From Acidobacteriota bacterium (GTDB lineage Bacteria; Acidobacteriota; Thermoanaerobaculia; Multivoradales; J023): a stretch of DNA of 58,365 nt. Of this stretch, positions 1-9,069 are shown piece by piece; within the stretch, counting starts at the first letter, position 1, and the number at the start of each line of letters is the position of its first letter. The DNA is taken from NCBI GenBank assembly GCA_003697015.1, contig RFGL01000338.1, positions 1 through 58,365 of the forward strand, read 5' to 3'. The notes below the pieces were generated by a model. It was not told the DNA's origin. It ran no database searches and was given only the letters and a program-made list of their open reading frames with translations. The translations under genes and the position numbers were made by a program.

Positions 1-381
1 ACCAACTTCGGGCTGCAGAATTTTCAGGGCCTGCCGCCGGGAGGGACGAGCGTGGTCAACGGCAGCGCGCCGCCCTACAATCCGACCACCGGCTTCACCA
101 CCGGCTTCAACGTCACCGGCCCTCCCCTGCGCCCCTTTCCGACCCATCCGACCTTCGTCTTCGACCGCGCCTTGACCAACTTCGGCCGCGGGCGCAATTT
201 CGGCACGGGCGTGCAGAAGACCAATCCCAAGGACCCCCACGCCTACGGCGGTCTGTTCAACATGGGCGGCTGCATGGGCTGCCACGCCGTCGCCGCCGCC
301 GGCGGCGCCGACTTCAGCTTCGTTCTCCTGCAAGGCCAACGCGGCGCCAAACCCGACGCCATCCACGGCACGCCGGACTAG
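1..381 (+). CDS. 3' end of a CDS that begins upstream of the window; putative c-type haem-binding protein
   Basis: Frame 1 is open from base 1 (TNFGLQNF...) to TAG at 379-381. It carries a CMGCH (CxxCH haem c attachment) motif near the C-terminus. No further family recognised. Confidence 0.5.
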   Translation, partial: TNFGLQNFQGLPPGGTSVVNGSAPPYNPTTGFTTGFNVTGPPLRPFPTHPTFVFDRALTNFGRGRNFGTGVQKTNPKDPHAYGGLFNMGGCMGCHAVAAAGGADFSFVLLQGQRGAKPDAIHGTPD

Positions 382-479
382 TCCGCATGATCCACGGTCT
401 TCGTCGCGCGAGGCCGTAGGCGGGCGGACTCGAGGGGCCGACGGCGCGCGCCTGCTCCGGCCGGCCGAAGCGCTGTACA

Positions 480-1151
480 ATGCCCCCCATGCTCAAGATC
501 CTGCGACGGGCGCGGGTGCTGCCGGTGGTGACGGTGGACCGGGCCGGCGACGCCGTGCCCCTGGCGCGGGCGCTCGTCGCCGGCGGCCTCCGGGTGATCG
601 AGATCACCCTGCGCAGCGACGCCGCCCTCGAGGCCATCCGGCGCATCGCCGGCGAGGTTCCGGCGGCGACGGTCGGCGCCGGCACCGTCACCCGGCCCGC
701 CCAGCTCGCCGCCGCCCGCGACGCCGGCGCCCGCTTCGCCGTCAGCCCGGGCCTGACCGACGACCTCGCCGCCGCCGCCGGCGACGTCGCCCTGCCCTTC
801 CTCCCCGGGGTGAGCACCCCCTCCGAGGCCCTCGCCGCCGCCGGCCGCGGCTTCCGCGTCCTCAAGCTCTTCCCCGCCGAGCTCCTCGGCGGCCCGGCCT
901 ACCTGCGGGCCCTCGCCGGGCCGCTGCCCGAGCTGCGCTTCTGCCCTACCGGCGGCATCGGTCCCGACACCGCCGCCGCCTATCTCGAGCAACCCAACGT
1001 CGTCTGCGTCGGCGGCTCCTGGTTGGCCCCCCGCGCCGCCATCCGCGCCGGCGACTGGCGCCACCTGCGCCGGCTCGCCGCCGCCGCCAGCCACCTCCAC
1101 CGGCCGCCGGCGGGCAGGCCCGCCGCTCCCCAGCCGATCGGTCGCACCTGA
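480..1151 (+). CDS. eda: 2-dehydro-3-deoxyphosphogluconate (KDPG) / 4-hydroxy-2-oxoglutarate aldolase
   Basis: Typical Eda blocks are present: [39 protein letters not shown] (Schiff-base Lys region) and FCPTGGI. Length is about 220 aa. Confidence 0.85.
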   Translation: MPPMLKILRRARVLPVVTVDRAGDAVPLARALVAGGLRVIEITLRSDAALEAIRRIAGEVPAATVGAGTVTRPAQLAAARDAGARFAVSPGLTDDLAAAAGDVALPFLPGVSTPSEALAAAGRGFRVLKLFPAELLGGPAYLRALAGPLPELRFCPTGGIGPDTAAAYLEQPNVVCVGGSWLAPRAAIRAGDWRHLRRLAAAASHLHRPPAGRPAAPQPIGRT

Positions 1152-1172
1152 ACCCATGCGTAGGGACGCATC

Positions 1173-2273
1173 ATGGACAAACTACGTATCCTGATCAGCG
1201 CCTCCCCCGCCGACCGGCGGGTGGCGGAAGCCCTCTTGATCAGCCTCGAGCCCGAGCTCGAGTGCGTGCCGTCGTTCCAGGACGCCGCCGAGCCCGACGC
1301 CGGCCGCTTGAGTGACGTCGTCGCCGACTGCGACCTCGCCCTCTTCGTCACCGGTGCCGGCGACGACGAGGCACCCGCTCCGCCGCTCTTTGCCAGCGGC
1401 CTCTTGGCCGGCATCCTCGGCCCCGAGCGGGTCTCGATCGTGCTGCCGCAGGGAAGCGACGAACGTCCGCCTCTGCCCCAGCTGCGGGTCATGACCTACG
1501 ATGCGCAGCGATTCAAGCAACAAGGCCGTCCCGCCCTCGCCGTCATCGCCGCGACGATCAAGGAATACGCCGAGCGACTCGGCCGGCGGCATCGGCTGCC
1601 CGGCGCCTCGGCGCGCATGATCGAGGACTCCTTCAAGCGCACCGGCTTGTCCAATGCCTACCGCGCCCGCGAGGACGCGCGTCACGACATGCTGAACGAC
1701 GTCGAGGCGGCGCGGCGATCGGTCTCCCTCTACGCCCGGGTCTACATCACCGAGCTGATCAAGCGGCCGCCGCAGTTCGCCGCTGCGTTGAAACGTGCCG
1801 CCACCAACGTTCAGGCCGGCCGGCTGGTCGTGACCCACACCTCGACCAGCCCGCGCAACGCCCCCCTTGCGGGCAAGGCCTGGGAGCTTGAGGACCCGCT
1901 GCGCGAGCGCTGGCAGAGCGTCGAGGAATACCAGCGACACCTCAAACGCAGCGACGACCTCTTCACCAAGACGCATCAGGTCCTCAGCGAAGAGGTGGCC
2001 AGCGGCGAGGCGCAAGCCCGCGCCAGCGTCCTCTTCGTCCGCCGCTACCTGACCAAGGTCATCCCCTACAGCATGGTGGTCATCGACGGCTGCATCCTCT
2101 ACGTCAGCTTCTACTCGATGAGCCGCGACGAGCGCTACGGCAAGTTCGCGCCCACCATGCGCCTGACCTGCGACGGCGACGACGGCGACAGCTGGGCGCA
2201 CGCCTTCCTGCACGAGCAACGCGACATCGACGGCAAGTTCTCCGACGACGGCGAGACCTTCCCCCTGATCTGA
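1173..2273 (+). CDS. TIR-like (CAP12-type nucleotide-binding fold) N-terminal domain protein with an unassigned C-terminal domain
   Basis: ATG lies 22 nt after the eda stop. The N-terminal ~130 aa (LRILISASPADRRVAEAL, DCDLALFVTGAGDDE, GPERVSIVLPQG, LRVMTYD) match by eye the pattern of bacterial TIR-like domains. The C-terminal ~230 aa (GLSNAYRAREDARHDMLNDVEAARRSVSLYA ... IPYSMVVIDGCILYVSFYS) look PLD-fold/DUF5919-like but have no HxK(x)4D motif. The domain calls are by eye only. Confidence 0.6.
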   Translation: MDKLRILISASPADRRVAEALLISLEPELECVPSFQDAAEPDAGRLSDVVADCDLALFVTGAGDDEAPAPPLFASGLLAGILGPERVSIVLPQGSDERPPLPQLRVMTYDAQRFKQQGRPALAVIAATIKEYAERLGRRHRLPGASARMIEDSFKRTGLSNAYRAREDARHDMLNDVEAARRSVSLYARVYITELIKRPPQFAAALKRAATNVQAGRLVVTHTSTSPRNAPLAGKAWELEDPLRERWQSVEEYQRHLKRSDDLFTKTHQVLSEEVASGEAQARASVLFVRRYLTKVIPYSMVVIDGCILYVSFYSMSRDERYGKFAPTMRLTCDGDDGDSWAHAFLHEQRDIDGKFSDDGETFPLI

Positions 2274-2289
2274 GCCGCCCGGTGGACGA

Positions 2290-4125
2290 ATGAAGGCCGA
2301 CGTCGAGCTGGCGATCCGCCGCGAGCACGGGGCTTCGAGGCCGCAGCTGGTCTACGAGCTGAGCTGCGAGAAATGGGGGATCAATCGCAAGACCTTCCGG
2401 TCTTCGCCCCTCGAAGACCAGCCGCGGGTCTACGTCGAAAGGCGACTGGCGGATCTCGGGCGGCACCTCAAGCGCAGCCGTCATCCCCCGACCTCGCGGC
2501 TCGATCGCCTGGCCGACTGGGGAGCGGAGCTCGGCCGGCGTCTGATCCCGCAGGACCTCGGCGATCTCCTCGACGAGCTGGCGGGAGAGGACGGCGAGGC
2601 GCCGACGCTCCTCCTCCAGTCCGAGGATCCCTACCTGCCCTGGGAGCTGCTCAAGCTGCCGCGAACGGTCGCCGGCCGGACTCGCCCGGGCCCCTTCCTC
2701 TGCGAAGCCTTCGCCGTCGCCCGCTGGTTGCCGGGCAGAGACTTCCACTTTCAGCTGCCGGTCGAGCGCATCGCCCTGATGACGCCGGGGGGCGGCGAGC
2801 AGGCGCAGGCGGAAAGGGCCTCCCTCGAGAGCCTGTGCGACGTCAGATCCGTCGCCGCGACGGAAGAAGCCCTGCGTCGGGAGCTGGCCCGGGGCATCGC
2901 CGGCGCCTGGCACGTCGCCGGCCACGCCGAGCTGACGGCGGACCGCGAGCACGTCGAGATCCCCCTCGAAGACGGCGGCTTCTTCACCCCCGCCGCCCTC
3001 AGCAACGTCGACGGCGACGGCCCGCCCGCCCTGGCCTTCCTCAACAACTGCCACAGCGGCCGGGCGGAGCCGGCGCTCAGCGGCATCGGCGGCTGGGCCG
3101 AAGCCTTCCTCACCGCCGGCTGCGGCGCCTTCATCGGTTCCTTGTGGGCGATCGACGGCGGTCGCGCGGCGTGCTTCGCAGAAGCGTTTTACCGCGCCTT
3201 CCTCGGCGGCGCACCGATCGCCCGGGCGGTGCACCGAGCGCGGCGGGCGATCCGCAGCGAAGCGGATCCAACCTGGCTCGCCTACCAGCTCTTCGCCCAC
3301 CCCCTCGCCCGCCGCAGCCGCTGCGACGAGCGGCAAGAACGGCCGCCCAGGCGACCGACCGCCGGCGTCGAGCCGGTCGGGGAAGTCGAGCCCGGGATCG
3401 CGCGTGCCGCGCCGGCGGTCGCGCCCTCCGCGCCCCCCGCCGGCATGGAACGGATCCACGAGATCGACGGCTCGGTGCTGGTCTACGTGCCGGGCGGGAT
3501 CTACCGACTCGGCGACGGCGACGGCTTCGAGGTCACCCTGAACCCGTTCTGGATCGGCCGTTACCCCGTCACCCGCGAGCAATACCAGCGCTTCCTCGCC
3601 GCCGACCCGAAGCGCGCCGAACCGCCCTTCTGGCGCCGGGAGGGCTTCGGCGATCCGCGCCAGCCGGTGGTCGGCGTCTCCTGGCACGACGCCCGGGCCT
3701 ACTGCGACTGGGCCGGTCTGGCCCTGCCCTGCGAAGCCCGGTGGGAAGCCGCGGCCCGCGGACCTGAACGACGTCCCTACCCCTGGGGGAAGCAGCCGCC
3801 GAACGCCGCGCGCGCTTGCTACGGTGCCACGACGGCCGGCCCGGCGCCGGTCGGGCACCATCCGGCAGGGGCTGGGCTCTTCCACCTCCAGGACCTGGCG
3901 GGCAACGTCTGGGAATGGTGCGCCGACGTCTGGGACGACGACTTCGGCCGCGTCCTCGCCGCCGGCGTCGACCCGGTCGGCGGCGTTGGCAACGGCGAGC
4001 GGCGGGCGCGGCGCGGCGGCTCCTGGAGGAGCGATGCCGGCGCTCTCGCGGCCTCGCATCGCAGCTGGCATTGGGTGACGACGCGCCACCCCGACGTCGG
4101 ATTCCGCTGCGTTCTGCCGGCCTGA
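2290..4125 (+). CDS. CHAT (caspase-like) protease domain fused to a C-terminal FGE-sulfatase/SUMF1-type domain
   Basis: ATG lies 16 nt after the upstream stop, with GGTGGA upstream. The CHAT dyad context is WHVAGHAE (His212, nt 2923-2925) and AFLNNCHSG (Cys254, nt 3049-3051). FGE-sulfatase blocks are WIGRYPVTREQY, VVGVSWHDARAYC, YPWG, LAGNVWEWC, RRGGSW and VGFRC. Confidence 0.85.
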   Translation: MKADVELAIRREHGASRPQLVYELSCEKWGINRKTFRSSPLEDQPRVYVERRLADLGRHLKRSRHPPTSRLDRLADWGAELGRRLIPQDLGDLLDELAGEDGEAPTLLLQSEDPYLPWELLKLPRTVAGRTRPGPFLCEAFAVARWLPGRDFHFQLPVERIALMTPGGGEQAQAERASLESLCDVRSVAATEEALRRELARGIAGAWHVAGHAELTADREHVEIPLEDGGFFTPAALSNVDGDGPPALAFLNNCHSGRAEPALSGIGGWAEAFLTAGCGAFIGSLWAIDGGRAACFAEAFYRAFLGGAPIARAVHRARRAIRSEADPTWLAYQLFAHPLARRSRCDERQERPPRRPTAGVEPVGEVEPGIARAAPAVAPSAPPAGMERIHEIDGSVLVYVPGGIYRLGDGDGFEVTLNPFWIGRYPVTREQYQRFLAADPKRAEPPFWRREGFGDPRQPVVGVSWHDARAYCDWAGLALPCEARWEAAARGPERRPYPWGKQPPNAARACYGATTAGPAPVGHHPAGAGLFHLQDLAGNVWEWCADVWDDDFGRVLAAGVDPVGGVGNGERRARRGGSWRSDAGALAASHRSWHWVTTRHPDVGFRCVLPA

Positions 4126-4225
4126 GGCGGCGGTTGGCCCTGAGCTATGATGGCGGTCGAGCCGCAACGGGAGGGGGCTCGAGCACCCCTCCGTTGCCGA
4201 AGTTGACCCGCCACGGGAGACCGGC

Positions 4226-5686
4226 GTGGCCAAACGCCAGATCGACATCCGTCGCCTGCGGACCGAGAAACGGATCCTGCGCCAGTGGGCGAAACGCGAG
4301 CGGAGCTTTCCGGGGGATTGCGCCCGCGTCGAACGGTCCGGGGAGCCGGTCCCCAATCCGCGCTCGCAGGAGGAGATCGGCCTCTACCACGACCCGCGCT
4401 CGCGCCGCTACGCCACCGTCGACTTCGACATCGCCGAGCTCTTCCGGCAGGCCGGCAAGGAGGTTCCGACCTTTCTCGAGGCCGGGCCGCGGCGCGAGCT
4501 GTGGTTCGACCCGGTGCAGGTCAATGCGGCGATCGTCACCGCCGGCGGCCTGGCGCCGGGGCTCAACTCGGTGGTCCACTCGATCGTCAGCCGCCACGTC
4601 AATACCTATGGGCTGAATCCCAACGCCGGCAGCGTCATCGGCATCTACGACGGCTTCAAAGGTCTGCTCGACATCCCCGGTCATAAGATCGAGCTCGATC
4701 CGGCCGAGACCATCGACTGGCTGCGCGAGGGCGGCTCCAACCTGGGCAACGTGCGCTACTTCCACCCCGAATCCGCCGGCGGGCTCGACGGCATGGTGTC
4801 GCGCATCTCCCAGAACCTGGAGCTCATGGCGATCAACATCCTCTACGTCATCGGCGGCGACGGCTCGCAGGAGGTGGCCCACCGCCTGGCGCGCGCCAAC
4901 CCCAGGATCGCGGTCATGGGCATCCCCAAGACCATGGACAACGACATCCTCTGGGCCCGCCGCTCCTTCGGCTTCGATACCTCCGTCACCCAGGCGACGC
5001 GGGCGATCAATACCCTGCACTTCGAGGCCCAGTCGACCCGCCGCGTCGGCATCCTCAAGTTCTTCGGCGCCGAGTCCGGCTTCGTCGTCGCCCACGCCGC
5101 TCTGGCCAGCGGCCAGGTCGACCTGGTGCTGATCCCGGAAGCCTTCCTCGGCCTGCGCGCCGACCGTTTCGCCGACTACTGGGACTCGCTCATCCGCCAC
5201 CTCGCCACCATCGTCACCCGGGCGGAGACCAACGCCCACGCCATCATCGTCGTCGCCGAGGGGGTGGAGACCGTGCTCGCCGAGCAGGGCTTCTCGATCG
5301 AAGGCCGGCCGGTTCGCTGCAGCGCCGGAGGACGGCCGGGCAACTTCGTCGAGCTGCTCAAGAAGGCGATTCGAAAGCGGGTACGAAACGTGCGCGGCGA
5401 GACCTTGTCGGTGTTCACCAACGAGCCGCGGCACTACATCCGTTCCGGCCCCGCCAACGCCCACGACCAGGTCTTCTGCGAGCGCCTCGGCGCGCTGGCG
5501 GTCGACAACGCCCTGGCCGGCTTCACCGACTGCATGATCTCGGACTGGTTGTCGGAGTACGTGCTGGTGCCCCTCGAGCTGGTGGTCGGGGGACAGAAGA
5601 GCGTCGACGTCCAGGGGATGTTCTGGAAACAGGTGGAGAACAGCACCGGCCAGCCCAACTCGCCGCTGTCCGAAGGCGGCAGCTGA
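4226..5686 (+). CDS. pfkA: 6-phosphofructokinase (PfkA family, long N-terminal extension)
   Basis: Family blocks are AAIVTAGGLAPGLNSVV, YVIGGDGS and GIPKTMDNDI. The GTG start at 4226 is preceded by GGGAGA. GGDGS (not GGDDS/T) suggests the ATP-dependent type, but that is only an inference. Confidence 0.8.
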   Translation: MAKRQIDIRRLRTEKRILRQWAKRERSFPGDCARVERSGEPVPNPRSQEEIGLYHDPRSRRYATVDFDIAELFRQAGKEVPTFLEAGPRRELWFDPVQVNAAIVTAGGLAPGLNSVVHSIVSRHVNTYGLNPNAGSVIGIYDGFKGLLDIPGHKIELDPAETIDWLREGGSNLGNVRYFHPESAGGLDGMVSRISQNLELMAINILYVIGGDGSQEVAHRLARANPRIAVMGIPKTMDNDILWARRSFGFDTSVTQATRAINTLHFEAQSTRRVGILKFFGAESGFVVAHAALASGQVDLVLIPEAFLGLRADRFADYWDSLIRHLATIVTRAETNAHAIIVVAEGVETVLAEQGFSIEGRPVRCSAGGRPGNFVELLKKAIRKRVRNVRGETLSVFTNEPRHYIRSGPANAHDQVFCERLGALAVDNALAGFTDCMISDWLSEYVLVPLELVVGGQKSVDVQGMFWKQVENSTGQPNSPLSEGGS

Positions 5687-5696
5687 GGCCGCCGGC

Positions 5697-6530
5697 TCAG
5701 CCGCTGCACAGCCAGGCGAAGTCGTGCCGCGGCGCGCCGCTCCAGCCGGCGCCGAGGACGCGCCGCATCACCCACCGCTTGTCGTCGCGCGACAACGCCC
5801 CGCGGCTGCGCTTCAGCCGCCGCCGGCCGCCGGCTTGATCGGCGGCCCCCGGATACTCGCCGGGGTAGAGACCGCCGTCGAAGATCCGCCGCCAGCCGCC
5901 GAAGAGGGTGGCGGGGTGGTCGAGCAGGCGGCAGAGGCTCGGCCGTCCCGCCGCCCGCCGCCGGCCCTCGCTGCGGGCGATCTCCCCCGCCACCGACAGC
6001 GCGCTGGCGGCGAAGCCGGCGACCGCCGCCCGAAAGGCCGTCAGACGCTCCGCGGCCGGATCCGCCGCCATGGTGACGGCGGCGCGCTCGGCGAGCTCGG
6101 CGGCGAAGCCCGGGTCGGTTCCTTCAGCCCGCTCGAGCCACCCCTCGAGCAGGGCGTAGTAGAGCTGCTCGGCGACGTCCACCGGCATCTCCGCCAGCGG
6201 CCGCCAGCGACCGGCGGGCCGGTAGTAGGGGGCGTAGAGCACCAGCCGCGGCAGGGCCAGACCGGGCAGCAGGCGGGCGCTGCGACTGCCCTCGGGACCG
6301 AGCATCAGCTCCAGATCGCGCACCGGGGTGCTCGCCGGCAGGTAGAAGGCCATCCGCCAGTCGTCGCGCCGGTGCAGCACCAGCCACAGGCTGGGCGCGA
6401 GCTCCGCCAGACCGGCGAGCGGCAGGCCGGCGGGGGCCGACGGCGGGCTCAGCACCGGCCGCAGGGCGGCGCCGTCCGGGCCGAGGGCGACGGCCAGGGT
6501 CAGCAGCAGGGCGCTCAAGCTGGTCTGCAT
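5697..6530 (-). CDS. hypothetical protein (N-terminal signal-like hydrophobic segment)
   Basis: 277-aa ORF with ordinary amino-acid composition, co-directional with the downstream end of the DUF4388 operon. No recognisable domain. Confidence 0.5.
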   Translation of the reverse strand: MQTSLSALLLTLAVALGPDGAALRPVLSPPSAPAGLPLAGLAELAPSLWLVLHRRDDWRMAFYLPASTPVRDLELMLGPEGSRSARLLPGLALPRLVLYAPYYRPAGRWRPLAEMPVDVAEQLYYALLEGWLERAEGTDPGFAAELAERAAVTMAADPAAERLTAFRAAVAGFAASALSVAGEIARSEGRRRAAGRPSLCRLLDHPATLFGGWRRIFDGGLYPGEYPGAADQAGGRRRLKRSRGALSRDDKRWVMRRVLGAGWSGAPRHDFAWLCSG

Positions 6531-6703
6531 GCCTCACCCGCCTCCGGCGGCGAAGCCGTAGCTGCCCGAGGCCGCGGCCTCATCCAGCCCCGTCGCGCCT
6601 CGACGCACTGCGGGTACGCCTGCGTCGGGCCGGCACGTCTTGCCTCGCATCGTCGGGCACCTGCGGCCCCGGGCGCCGGACGCCACCCAGGCCGGAAGTC
6701 AGC

Positions 6704-8317
6704 TCAGACGCCGCGCTGGAGCTGCCGCCGGAGCAGCTCGTTCTCGAACGCCACCCCCACCTGGGCGGTGGCCAGCTCGAGCAACTCGATGTCCTCGATG
6801 GCACGGTTGGACGAGCCGTTGTCGGTGTAGACGACCGAGATCACGCGCTCGGCACCGAGCACCGGGAAGACCACGACCTGGCCCGAGCGCGGGCGGCCGA
6901 GAAGGGCGGCGAAGTCGTCCGGCAGATTGGCCTGATCGAAGCTCATGGCGCGCAGCTGGCCGTCGCTGATGCAGTGGGTCAGGACGTTGTCGGCGTCGAG
7001 GCTGATGGTGAAGTTGCGGGTTTCCTCAGCCAGGGCCTCGCCGTTGGCGCCGAAGCCGAAGGCGCCGATCGCCAGCAGGTGGTCGTCGCGCACCAGGAAG
7101 AGCACCGCCCGCTCCACCGACTCGGAGATGACGTGCATCAGGTTGAGGGCCATGGTCGCCGACAGCAGGCCGGAGCGGATGTCCGCCAGCACCCGCCGCA
7201 GGCGGGCGAAGCCGGCGCGCACCGTCCGCCGATTGCCGGCGGTGCCCCCCGAGGCGTCCTGGAGCGTGCGCACCAGGCTGGTGAAGCAGGCGGCCAGGGC
7301 TTCGGGATCGCCGGGGATCGCCGCCACCGCCCCGGCCTCGAAGGCCCGGCGGGTGAGCTCCTGCGAATCGATCAGGGCGATCACCGAGGAGCGCGGCCGG
7401 GAGCGGCGCACCGCCAGCAGATCCTCGATCGAGTGGTTGCCGTCGCGCAGATCGAGCACCACGATGGTCGGCGACGGTTCGCCGGGCAGACGGGTGCCGG
7501 CTTCGCGCAACGGCACCCGTACCACCCGCGCCATGTCCGCCGGGACGATCTCCGCCACCTGGTCGGCGAAGCGGCGGTCGGCGGAGACGATCTGCAGTCG
7601 CCGCAGCTGCGGCTCGGGCTCCTCCTCGTCGCTCCCCTGGCCGAGGTCGATGTCCTCCAGCCCCTCCAGGGTCTCCGCCACCGACGGCAGGTCGACCCGC
7701 TGCGTCGGCCGCGGCGTCTCCGGGCTCACCTCCGGCAGGCGCGACGCCATGCCGCTCTGGGCCACCCCGCGCAGGGCGGCGCCGGCGTCGGTGGCGGCAT
7801 CGATCGTCCGCCGCCGCTCGTCGAAGATGCGCGTCGCCTCGAGCAGCACCATCTGGGTGTTGAGATCGAGCTGGGGGATGACGTCGCCGGGATACATGGC
7901 GATGTCGTCGATCGGGCGCAGCTCGTCGAGGGCGAATTCGAACGAGCCGGTGGTCCAGGTCACCAGCTCGTAGATGGTCTCCTCGATCTGCTTTTCGATC
8001 GCCCGCCGGATGTCGCTGAAGGCGAGGATGTCGTTGCTCACCAGCAGCTGGCCGAGGGATTGGCGCGGCTTCTGCGTCTTCTGCTGTTCGATCAGCGAGC
8101 GCAGCTGCTCGGGGGTGATCAGGCCGTCGGCGATCAGCAGCTCGCCGAGACGGCGGGTGCCGGGACCGGAGGCGCTGACGATCTGACCGCGGTGGAAGCC
8201 GATCTCGGCCTCCCGGTTGCCCTGCACCAGGGACAACGTCCCGGTCCGCCGGCCGAGATGGATGAACTGCATCACGTCGGCGAGGGAGACGTCTTCGAGC
8301 TTGCCGTTGAGGCTCAT
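6704..8317 (-). CDS. DUF4388 domain protein with receiver-like and GAF-like C-terminal regions
   Basis: The N-terminus GKLEDVSLADVMQFIHLGRRTGTLSL...EIGFHRGQIV is the typical DUF4388 signature. The middle region has a receiver-like block (TIVVLDLRD...VIALI). The C-terminal ~160 aa look GAF-like. Confidence 0.75.
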   Translation of the reverse strand: MSLNGKLEDVSLADVMQFIHLGRRTGTLSLVQGNREAEIGFHRGQIVSASGPGTRRLGELLIADGLITPEQLRSLIEQQKTQKPRQSLGQLLVSNDILAFSDIRRAIEKQIEETIYELVTWTTGSFEFALDELRPIDDIAMYPGDVIPQLDLNTQMVLLEATRIFDERRRTIDAATDAGAALRGVAQSGMASRLPEVSPETPRPTQRVDLPSVAETLEGLEDIDLGQGSDEEEPEPQLRRLQIVSADRRFADQVAEIVPADMARVVRVPLREAGTRLPGEPSPTIVVLDLRDGNHSIEDLLAVRRSRPRSSVIALIDSQELTRRAFEAGAVAAIPGDPEALAACFTSLVRTLQDASGGTAGNRRTVRAGFARLRRVLADIRSGLLSATMALNLMHVISESVERAVLFLVRDDHLLAIGAFGFGANGEALAEETRNFTISLDADNVLTHCISDGQLRAMSFDQANLPDDFAALLGRPRSGQVVVFPVLGAERVISVVYTDNGSSNRAIEDIELLELATAQVGVAFENELLRRQLQRGV

Positions 8318-8330
8318 CGGAGGAGCGGAG

Positions 8331-9056
8331 CTAGGTGCCGCGGACCAGCTGCACCAGGCTCTCCAGGGTCCGCAGTTTGCGGTCGGTATTGGAGTAGACC
8401 CGCGCCGCGAACAGGGCGGACGCGGCGTGGGCGGCGAGCAGGTCGAGCAGATCGCGATCCTCCGCCCGCAGGATCGCCTTGTGATCGAAAAGCTTGAGCA
8501 CCACCAGCACCCCGACGATCGCCTCCTGCACCCGCAGCGGCACGGCGGCGATCGCCTCCGAGAACTCGTCCGGGCCGAGGCGCAGCACCCCGTCCTCGAG
8601 CGCGGCGTCGACCAGCGGATCGCCGCCGCGGTAGCGGTCCCCGGCGTAGAGCCCGCTCGGATCCTGCTCCAGGCCCTTGGCGAGGGCGATCTCGCACTCG
8701 CTGCTGCCCTCGAGCCGCAGCAGCAGCACGAAGCGCTCGGCCCCGAGCAGATCGACGGCGATCTCGGCGATCGTCGCCTGCACCTCGTCCGGGTCGAGGG
8801 TGGCGTGGAGCTGGAAGGTGGCGACGTAGAGATTCATCAGGCGGCCGAGCTGGTGCTCGGCCTCGACCAGGCGCGCCGACAGCTCCTCGCGGTCGCGCTC
8901 CACCTCCTCGAGCTTGGCGTCGAGGGAGGGCCGCTCGGCGAGCGCCTCGGCGGCCTCCGCCGCCCGCCCCTCGACCAGCTGGTCGAAGAGCTCACGGGCC
9001 CGTTCGAGGGTGGCCCGCAGCTCGACGATGGCGTCCGATGATGCGACCTTCTCCAT
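8331..9056 (-). CDS. coiled-coil + GAF domain protein
   Basis: The N-terminal ~70 aa are heptad-like and charged (LEEVERDREELSARLVEAEHQL). They are followed by a GAF-like fold (IAEIAVDLLGAERFVLLL...VGVLVVLKLF). Confidence 0.65.
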   Translation of the reverse strand: MEKVASSDAIVELRATLERARELFDQLVEGRAAEAAEALAERPSLDAKLEEVERDREELSARLVEAEHQLGRLMNLYVATFQLHATLDPDEVQATIAEIAVDLLGAERFVLLLRLEGSSECEIALAKGLEQDPSGLYAGDRYRGGDPLVDAALEDGVLRLGPDEFSEAIAAVPLRVQEAIVGVLVVLKLFDHKAILRAEDRDLLDLLAAHAASALFAARVYSNTDRKLRTLESLVQLVRGT

Positions 9057-9069
9057 GAGTCCGGGCCAG

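Noticed and set aside
3448-4125. Diversity-generating retroelement target (FGE-sulfatase/CLec C-termini are classic DGR variable regions).
   Set aside because: No reverse transcriptase gene appears anywhere in the window. No template-repeat copy of the 3' end of the gene is found downstream (4126-4225) or nearby.
2104-4356. 750-aa antisense ORF opposite the CHAT-FGE gene. Similar long shadow ORFs occur at 12799-15450(-), 15086-17380(-), 20651-22405(-), 23612-26482(+), 26152-28101(-), 29785-32913(+), 35830-37779(+), 50382-53606(-) and 53113-56403(-).
   Set aside because: They are Arg/Ala/Gly/Pro-dominated and low-complexity, with no recognisable motifs. Each fully overlaps an ORF on the other strand that has clear family signatures. 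This is a typical artefact of very high GC.
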